Source of the DNA: Promethearchaeota archaeon
Lineage (GTDB): Archaea > Asgardarchaeota > Lokiarchaeia > Sigyniarchaeales > SOKP01
Direction: 5' to 3'
Assembly: GCA_018238625.1 (NCBI GenBank)
Contig: JABCSY010000004.1
Span: forward strand, 22,868-86,867
DNA: 64,000 nt
In this document: positions 57,901 to 64,000 of the stretch, one piece after another
How the letters are laid out: every line of letters begins with the position of its first letter
Position numbering within the stretch: position 1 is the first letter of the stretch
The notes under the pieces: generated by a model
What the model was told of the DNA's origin: nothing
The model's database searches: none
The model's input: the letters and a program-made list of their open reading frames with translations, nothing else
Program-made: the position numbers and the translations under genes

Positions 57901-60012
57901 GTTCAAATTTCTAAATTTGTTTTTAATGAACTAAGAAAAACTACCATTCATAAATTATCGAAGAATAAGATTTTAGATATCATAGAATATATAAAAAAAT
58001 TAGTCTTCAATTTTGTAGAACCCAAAATTATTGAGAAAAAATCAGAATTTAAAGAATTTATAGAGAAATATATATGTTCTATTGTTGGATTTTTAACAGA
58101 CGTTAAACGATTGTCTGAAACAAATCAATTCATTAATCTTTCCGAAATTTCCCTATTATTTCATGATAAGTCAATTGTATCAGAATCAATGTGGCAAGCT
58201 GTTTGTCGAACGATAATTAAATATCTCAGGGAAGAATTTGATTTTAATATTAGAACAAAGCGATATGATTCACTACCAGAATCAATACGACAATCAATTA
58301 GAAATTATATAACTTTATATAAACTAATACTAGGTGTGGATAGAAGTGGAAATATGATTACTTATTTGGATATAGATTTCAAGACTGAAATAAAAATATA
58401 TTATGATGGTAAATGTCAAGGGATAAATGGTTATTGTCCGTTTGATATTGATTATAAATTTTTACCAGCGCTTTCCTTTGACCATCGACTTGAAAAATAT
58501 AATACGATTGTAAAGAGAAAAGAAATGAGATATATTACACCTACAAAGATGTTAAGTGGAAGCTTCAATGGAGCATTAACAAAAATGAAAAGTCAGATAG
58601 GTGGATTGGATCTAAGATGTAGGAACTGTCATTCTTCAAGACATCATAAAATGTATAATTTTCTTCCAATTTTTAATTTTCTAAAATCATTACACATTAG
58701 AAATATTGATGTAAATACAACCTTAGTTTTAGATAGTGTAAATCTTTTGGCAAAAAAATATTTTGAGCATACTAAAAAAACCATGAAATTGTCTGAAAAA
58801 AATACTCAAGCACAAATTTTGGGTAGAATAAGGAGTCAAATATTTAGATTGATAAAGAAAAAATATATAATTGAATATCTATTTGGAGCAAATTATATAT
58901 GTCCTATTTGTCAAAAAGCTAATATCAATGAATACCTCACCTGTTTTGAAGCACATCATACTAATAAAAACATATTTGAAAACGATCTTCAAAAAATTAT
59001 ATTGAGTTCATATTTCTTCAAATCTACTAAATGGTTAATCAAAAAATTAATCGATCAAGAATGCATTTATGTTTGCAGAAACTGTCATACAATGATAACA
59101 GCGAAAAATTACAACGAGAATGCTCTTATCATTCTAGAGAATGAAATAAATGCATTATACATAAAAAATTTTTATGATAATTTAAATGTAAAAGTTAATG
59201 AAATAAGAGATGTCATTATGCATTGGAAATCTGAATTAAAAAATAACATGAATTTTATTCCAAATCCTTTCTTGAAAATGTTTGATTACGGAGAATCAAT
59301 ATATTCAGCGTTAATTTGTATTTATTATGTATGTGAAATTTTTTCTCAAACCACCAAAAAAGACTTTTTTACTGCAGAAGAACTTAATTATATTCAAAAA
59401 AAGTCTTCTAGTTATTTTAAACAATATAAAAACAATTTAATAGATTTAGAATATATTCAATATGAGAAAAGATTACTTCAATACAGAGGATTTGGATTTA
59501 ATAAAGATATATATAAAATTACTTTTGAAGGAATACTAAAGGCAAAAGAAATAATTGAGGAAAGATTAGAAGAATTTCCAGACGAGTTTAACGAATTAGT
59601 TTCGCAATGGGAATATAGAAGCAGAAAGTATAAAGCAAGAAAACAACGCTTATCTGCTTTTGATGTTGTTTTAATTTGCGTTTATTTTATTTGCAATAAT
59701 AAAAAAAAAATTGAATTCTTTTTGAATGCATTTCATTACATTATTGATAAAGAGAATTCATATTTTGGCAAACATAGAAAAAAAATGCTTAATTTAGAAT
59801 ATATAACAGAGAATCAGGAAACTGCAAATTCTTTTAAAGAGATTAGCATCACTCCAAAAGGAATAAAAAGAGCAGAAGAATTGATTTCTCTAATTACGAG
59901 AGATTATTTTGAAAAATATCAAAAATTAATTTCAGACTGGGAAAAGAGATATAATGAATATTTAAAAACAATTGAGAATGAAAATAAAGATCCTAATTAT
60001 ATGCACATTTAG
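54940..60012 (+). CDS. 1690-aa protein: acidic repetitive N-terminus; C-terminal wHTH-like repeats, Zn ribbon and two HNH-like domains
   Basis: D/E-rich first ~550 aa. CKKC...CPYC; C...C...FDHR...CRNCH; CPIC...FEAHH...CRNCH. Three repeats ending I.IT.(K/E)G. Confidence 0.75.
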   Translation: MDEIGDEFSDISGNDEIEEELPELTSESDELDEFDNDIPEIFSETDEIDDNLDGVIQDKEDSERTNEDQDSDLKEEKDFEDDQIKSGEFGNDNQELPEEKEESVWDDIDWSEDIHGEREKTIWDDIDWSEDKHGEGEKNEEAKNDDQNEEYNKEDYVENVESQSTSTVLTNKIEEIESDVDHQEQKEQIEIRSEEYQGDTEPVVNTDEIEFIKDVEKLAEHVREIKAEDENIEPQTEKENAAYYAEQYYETLKENEVVNDRDSKEGQETEELRQEVTEELNGHQESDCESDKLEEEDIIEASEEIISTEEFEYLWEIRDKLDQEGKTSEEIEEVMHEAEEMYETLKNAEKMIEELELEKLKLVDHEDEAREEDLKEDLDREDLIEQAVELEEKLVQQGESQEQIDARVEESIEATKFEERLEILIEQQEREKLKLVNHEDEASEEDLKEELDRVDLVEQAIELEEKLVQQGESQEQIDVRVEESIEATKFEERSEKIIEKERNELKPELEAIESESEDKKDLLKENTKLVSEESDEEENERLQELYGQETGRRPIYVKKKTKGYSQWLEQRELGSEKVKNSKSESEKIKEVREVKEEDWKTTLKQWIKEASEEECDAELKSELKNVLESYNEFEALARKFLKLFEKSQHEKLSEKEKNILKSLTEKLQKLDPIKLELSASVFFIKNYIMEQYWYDFWNKPLVNRVLSKFFKHISQKYKELRKEQKNEIIKYIINKNRLKKSFLESEDFIYVDQDINLKERQTSMTQNQNKTKKDLHKRIFRYGESLHQGIVGIYYICEIFPKKFMIKKTFFSGNELYYILDKHSQFFYTINKNLKDKDLIRYYGTVTRKKKSNEKIYIITEKGIKFTEEIIEIKRRDFPILFDELIATLEKRYIDYIVDLINSENKIIIRSQKDINDKLRKMAGDNNIELVTSYRSDRLDIEFHCKKCKKQFKDTYQLIESRKDSKLFCPYCFPELKTNIYLSEELKVQISKFVFNELRKTTIHKLSKNKILDIIEYIKKLVFNFVEPKIIEKKSEFKEFIEKYICSIVGFLTDVKRLSETNQFINLSEISLLFHDKSIVSESMWQAVCRTIIKYLREEFDFNIRTKRYDSLPESIRQSIRNYITLYKLILGVDRSGNMITYLDIDFKTEIKIYYDGKCQGINGYCPFDIDYKFLPALSFDHRLEKYNTIVKRKEMRYITPTKMLSGSFNGALTKMKSQIGGLDLRCRNCHSSRHHKMYNFLPIFNFLKSLHIRNIDVNTTLVLDSVNLLAKKYFEHTKKTMKLSEKNTQAQILGRIRSQIFRLIKKKYIIEYLFGANYICPICQKANINEYLTCFEAHHTNKNIFENDLQKIILSSYFFKSTKWLIKKLIDQECIYVCRNCHTMITAKNYNENALIILENEINALYIKNFYDNLNVKVNEIRDVIMHWKSELKNNMNFIPNPFLKMFDYGESIYSALICIYYVCEIFSQTTKKDFFTAEELNYIQKKSSSYFKQYKNNLIDLEYIQYEKRLLQYRGFGFNKDIYKITFEGILKAKEIIEERLEEFPDEFNELVSQWEYRSRKYKARKQRLSAFDVVLICVYFICNNKKKIEFFLNAFHYIIDKENSYFGKHRKKMLNLEYITENQETANSFKEISITPKGIKRAEELISLITRDYFEKYQKLISDWEKRYNEYLKTIENENKDPNYMHI
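55252..55344 (+). repeat. Two coding repeats, 54-bp period (WDDIDWSED.HGE)
   Basis: Units at 55252 and 55306. Confidence 0.88.
56011..56435 (+). repeat. Tandem 219-bp (73-aa) coding duplication
   Basis: gagaaattaaagctagta... starts at 56011 and 56230, and the copies stay highly similar through ...tttgaagagaga. Confidence 0.92.
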
Positions 60013-60123
60013 GAGGAAATGTATAACTTTCAATTAAAATTCTAAATATTTTTATTTTTTAGATTTATTAGTTTATTTAAATCTTATTTCAGATTTTTTT
60101 TCTAGCTTACATAGGTAAATTAA

Positions 60124-60924
60124 ATGAAAATTCTAAGAATAATTGAAAAGAAAAAAATTCACCAAGCAGCAGAACTGCTATTAAATTCTAAAGAAGCTAT
60201 TGTTTTATCAGGGGCGGGAATTTCTACGGAATCTGGAATTCCTGACTTTAGAGGGGAAGATGGCATTTGGAAGAAGTTTCCGATTGATACATTTGGTACA
60301 TTAGAAAGTCTCCTAAAAAACCCCACCAAATTCTGGGAGTTGGCACAGAAAATTGCCCCAAACCTATTCAAAGCAAAACCAAATCCAGGACATGATGCTC
60401 TTGCAGAACTCGAGAAGATGGATTTAATTAAAGCTGTCATTACTCAAAATATAGATGAACTCCATCAAAAAGCTGGTTCTATAATTGTTTATGAAGTACA
60501 TGGAAGCGTTAATAGATTTAGTTGTTTAGGTTGTAAAGCCTCTTATACAAAAGAACAAATTTATCGTAAATTAAAGAAAGAGAAAAAAACGGGGCCACAA
60601 TGCGAATTTTGCGGAGCTCCACTCAAACCTTCGGTTGTATTGTTTGGAGAAGGATTACCTCGATTTGAAATATTCCAATCCCAGGCTTTAGCTAAAAAAG
60701 CAGATGTCATGTTAATTGTGGGATCTTCCCTCTCAGTTGCCCCTATATGCGACCTACCCCTCTATACGCTAAGGGAAAAAGGAAAATTAATAATTGTCAA
60801 TGACCAACCAACTCATTTGGATGAAAAAGCAGCGGTTGTAATTCGCCACAAATCAGGCACTATTTTACCTTTAATTGTGGAAGAAATTAAAAAATTAAAA
60901 TCAGAACAAGAACCTATTGGATAA
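60124..60924 (+). CDS. cobB: Sir2-family NAD-dependent deacylase
   Basis: GAGISTESGIPDFRG, ITQNID.LHQKAG, HGS, two CxxC and GSSL.V.P. Confidence 0.95.
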   Translation: MKILRIIEKKKIHQAAELLLNSKEAIVLSGAGISTESGIPDFRGEDGIWKKFPIDTFGTLESLLKNPTKFWELAQKIAPNLFKAKPNPGHDALAELEKMDLIKAVITQNIDELHQKAGSIIVYEVHGSVNRFSCLGCKASYTKEQIYRKLKKEKKTGPQCEFCGAPLKPSVVLFGEGLPRFEIFQSQALAKKADVMLIVGSSLSVAPICDLPLYTLREKGKLIIVNDQPTHLDEKAAVVIRHKSGTILPLIVEEIKKLKSEQEPIG

Positions 60925-60961
60925 TCTCTTAAAGTTCTTAATTTTTAAAGAAGTTTTTTGT

Positions 60962-62542
60962 ATGTTTGAAGAAAGCGTAATTATTAAAGATTGGAGGAAT
61001 ATTGACTTAGCTTTTGGTCTAATATATCCAAACAATTATAAATTGGGAATATCTTCCTATTCAATCAGATTACTTTACCATTTAATTAACTCCAACGAAA
61101 GAGCTGTATGCGAGCGAATTTACCTTCCTGAAAAAATCAAGTTTCCAGCATCTAAAGATCTATCTTCCATTAACCGCCTTCGAAGCATAGAAAATAAAGT
61201 TTTACCTAAAGATTTTGACATTTTAGGATTCTCAGTTCATTACGAAAACGATTATAGAAATATTTTATGGCTTTTAGACAAATCGCAAATCCCACTAGAC
61301 GCAAAAACACGTCAAGAATCTTACATTCGTAACGAAATAAATTATCCGCTCATAATTGGTGGAGGGCCCGCAGTAACTTCAAATCCTTTGCCATTGAGCA
61401 AAATTTTTGATCTCTTCTTTATCGGTGATGCTGAACCAAATCTAAATGTATTTTTTGATGTTTTCATGGATTATAAATTAAAAAAAAATAATTTTCAAGC
61501 ATTTCTTGATCGGGTAAAAAATATAGAAGGTGTTTTTATACCAGCTCTCGATAATAAAACAAATCGAGCAGTTCTAAAGGATCTAGACGAATCTCCTACA
61601 CCACAATTTCAATTATTAGCTAAAAATGAGAGTAATAATAATAAGATATTTGAAGAAAACTATTTTATTGAGGTTAATAGAGGTTGTCCGTATCAATGCA
61701 AATTTTGTTTATCTTCTTTCCACAATTCTCCGTTTAGAAATAAGAGTTATGAAGAGATAACTAAAACCATTGAAGAAGGCATAAAATATTCAAATTTTAA
61801 AAAAATTAGTCTGATTGGATCGTGCATATCCTCACATCCTAAATTTGTTGAAATATGCGAGTTTATAATCAATAAAGGCAAGAACTTTAGCGTCCCTTCA
61901 ATGCGTTTAGAGCATATTACTCCTAAAATCATCAATGTATTCGAGGAAAATGGTACTAAAACCATTACAATTGCTCCAGAAACGGGAACAGAATCATTAC
62001 GATACAGTTTAGGAAAAAGAATATCTAACGAGAAGATTTTACAAGTTTTAAACCAAATTAAAGAATCTAAAATAAAAAAAGTAAAGTTTTATTTTCTAGT
62101 AGGACTGCCAAACGAAACCGATGACGATGTTTTAGAAATTATTAATCTTTTGAAGTCCATTAAGAAAATTGGTTTTACGAGGAATGAACTTAAAGTTAAC
62201 ATCAATCCGTTTGTCCCTAAGCTAAATACGCCCTACGGAAACAAATGTCACTTTTATTTATCAAATAATCTTAGTAATTTAAAATTGAAACTTAAAACTT
62301 TAGAAGTAGCGTTAAAAAACATTGTCTCAATTAAATTTAAAAACCCAAAAAACACCGTGAATAACGCGAGATTACAAGCTTTAATATCGTTAGGAGATCG
62401 AAATATATCCGAATTACTCCTACAATATTATTTTAATGGTGCTAATATGGGCTCTTTAAGAAGGGCTGAAAAGGATTTGAATTTTTCAATTGATAACTAT
62501 TTCCAAAAAGTCCAAGATGGTTACAAACCGTGGATAATATAG
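60962..62542 (+). CDS. Radical SAM protein with B12-binding-like N-terminal domain
   Basis: EVNRGCPYQCKFC, IIGGGP...NP.P, FIGDAE and APETG. Start placed at ATG 60962 (track gives 60917). Confidence 0.9.
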   Translation: MFEESVIIKDWRNIDLAFGLIYPNNYKLGISSYSIRLLYHLINSNERAVCERIYLPEKIKFPASKDLSSINRLRSIENKVLPKDFDILGFSVHYENDYRNILWLLDKSQIPLDAKTRQESYIRNEINYPLIIGGGPAVTSNPLPLSKIFDLFFIGDAEPNLNVFFDVFMDYKLKKNNFQAFLDRVKNIEGVFIPALDNKTNRAVLKDLDESPTPQFQLLAKNESNNNKIFEENYFIEVNRGCPYQCKFCLSSFHNSPFRNKSYEEITKTIEEGIKYSNFKKISLIGSCISSHPKFVEICEFIINKGKNFSVPSMRLEHITPKIINVFEENGTKTITIAPETGTESLRYSLGKRISNEKILQVLNQIKESKIKKVKFYFLVGLPNETDDDVLEIINLLKSIKKIGFTRNELKVNINPFVPKLNTPYGNKCHFYLSNNLSNLKLKLKTLEVALKNIVSIKFKNPKNTVNNARLQALISLGDRNISELLLQYYFNGANMGSLRRAEKDLNFSIDNYFQKVQDGYKPWII

Positions 62543-62573
62543 ATAACAAATAAAAAGAATAATTAGATAAATT

Positions 62574-63089
62574 TTAATCGATTTTATTAAATACTTGTTT
62601 AGGAGATTTACAAACAGGGCATGGGTCTGGAGGTTCTCCTTCGTGCGTATACCCGCATACAGAGCATACATACATAGGCTTATCTTCTAAATCTTTACCG
62701 CTCTCAACTAATTCTAAAGCTTTTTGATAAAGTTTATGGTGTATCTTCTCCACATCGTTAGCTAAATTAAAAGTTCTTTCTGCGCTTTTATTTTCCTCGG
62801 TTTTGGCGTCGTTAATGAAATCAGGGTACATTTTTGTAAATTCGTAAAATTCACCCTCAATTGCTTCTTTTAAGTTTTCGACAGTAGACTTGATGCCCCC
62901 CATAGCACGTAAGTGGTTAAGTGCGTGTACCGTTTCGGCATCCGCGGCAGCTCGAAATAAGCGCGCTACTCCTGGAAATCCGTCTTGTTCGGCTTTTTTT
63001 GCAAAGGCTATATACTTTCTATTGGCTTGAGATTCGCCCGCAAAAGCGGCTTTTAAATCTTCTTCTGACTTCGTCATAATAAAGTTCAC
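62574..63089 (-). CDS. rbr: Rubrerythrin
   Basis: AFAGESQANRKY, AETVHA, EKIH and C-terminal CSVCGY...CPVC. Confidence 0.95.
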   Translation of the reverse strand: MNFIMTKSEEDLKAAFAGESQANRKYIAFAKKAEQDGFPGVARLFRAAADAETVHALNHLRAMGGIKSTVENLKEAIEGEFYEFTKMYPDFINDAKTEENKSAERTFNLANDVEKIHHKLYQKALELVESGKDLEDKPMYVCSVCGYTHEGEPPDPCPVCKSPKQVFNKID

Positions 63090-63179
63090 TCATTAAATTT
63101 TTATTAAGAATTATATTTCAAAATATTTTAAGTTGCATTTTATAATTAATAATCTTTTTTGAATCGCGAAATTTAGCAA

Positions 63180-63986
63180 TTAATCATTAAGTAAATTCTT
63201 TATCTTCTTTACAACTTTCTGTAAATAAAATTCTGCCATTCCAAATCTAATTTTGGCATCGAAGATAAGAATTAATAAGTAAAGATCATTTACATTTTCA
63301 GAAAAAATTAGTTCGTTGTTTTTAGAGGTGTAAAATAATTTTAGAATAGTATTATTACAAATTTTCACTCTAAAATCGACCTCCTTTAAAAAATCTTCTA
63401 TCATCGTCTCATTTAAAGAAGAAAAAACTACTTTACCTATATTAGTTAAAAGAATAGCTCCTTTAATGTCATCGTTTAACTGGAGTTCTTTGAGTAAGCT
63501 AATAATTTCATCTTCTTTGATTAAATCAAATTCGCTACTAAAGGGTTCCCTAATAATGTCTTCGATGAGATAGTTTAATTGCTCGTCATTGATGTATTCT
63601 AAATCGGTTTTTATATCGTTTTTAATTACATATTTTGAAAATTTAGAGTGGATTTTGGAAATTATTTTATCTAAAAGCTGCCAATTTTCGATCGTATTAC
63701 ACAGAAGGTTGTAGTATAGATTCTTTTTTTCAAAAACTACTAATTTTATACCTCCACCCATTTCAACTGTTTTAATCTTATCTCCGATAAGTTCTTTAGT
63801 AAAAGACATTAGTGCTGTAAAGTATGAAGAGATTAACTGTTCTTGCTCTAAGGGGTACAAGTTTGTAAGATTTAAGCCATAGATACAGATACCAGATTTG
63901 TTAAAGATGAATAAATTATGTATATTCAATTTATCGCATGTTCTTCTAATCTTTGAAACTAATACGGAATTGTCGGGAATACCCAT
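63180..63986 (-). CDS. Asgard-type longin + roadblock-like domain protein
   Basis: IHNLFIFNKSGICIY...LISSYFTALMSFTKE (longin-like) followed by IKGAILLTNIGKVVFSS (roadblock-like). Confidence 0.6.
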   Translation of the reverse strand: MGIPDNSVLVSKIRRTCDKLNIHNLFIFNKSGICIYGLNLTNLYPLEQEQLISSYFTALMSFTKELIGDKIKTVEMGGGIKLVVFEKKNLYYNLLCNTIENWQLLDKIISKIHSKFSKYVIKNDIKTDLEYINDEQLNYLIEDIIREPFSSEFDLIKEDEIISLLKELQLNDDIKGAILLTNIGKVVFSSLNETMIEDFLKEVDFRVKICNNTILKLFYTSKNNELIFSENVNDLYLLILIFDAKIRFGMAEFYLQKVVKKIKNLLND

Positions 63987-64000
63987 ATTAAATTGTTAAA

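Noticed and set aside
2433-62671. Numerous 60-145 aa antisense or overlapping ORFs in the track
   Set aside because: They are fully nested in well-supported genes and have the composition typical of antisense shadows in AT-rich DNA.
1-64000. tRNA, rRNA, CRISPR array or provirus
   Set aside because: No GC-rich structured RNA-like segment, regular repeat-spacer array, integrase or capsid-like gene was seen by eye. A covariance-model scan would be needed to exclude small RNAs.

Overview
AT-rich archaeal chromosomal segment, very likely from an Asgard archaeon (Lokiarchaeia-like). The evidence is the archaeal ribosomal proteins uS15 and eS1, a gelsolin-domain protein, three longin/roadblock-like proteins and many lipid-metabolism genes. 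Most of the window is ordinary metabolism and transport. It also holds a ~16 kb ABC permease / surface protein / subtilase operon, one intact-looking IS256/Mutator-type IS with 21-bp terminal inverted repeats, and a 1690-aa acidic protein with two HNH-like motifs. The most interesting locus is 12482-17301. A 989-aa tandem winged-helix + TPR protein is transcribed divergently from three unannotated, related 23-24 aa peptide ORFs (15603-16000), each with a GAGGT ribosome-binding site exactly 8 nt before ATG. A perfect 16-bp palindrome lies between the regulator and the peptides. On the other side are a stand-alone copy of the regulator's DNA-binding domain and a HExxH peptidase. The layout resembles bacterial RRNPP peptide signalling; that function is inference. 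Several genes appear to start at ATA or CTG. I saw no tRNA, rRNA or CRISPR array. All calls come from reading motifs by eye, with no database searches.
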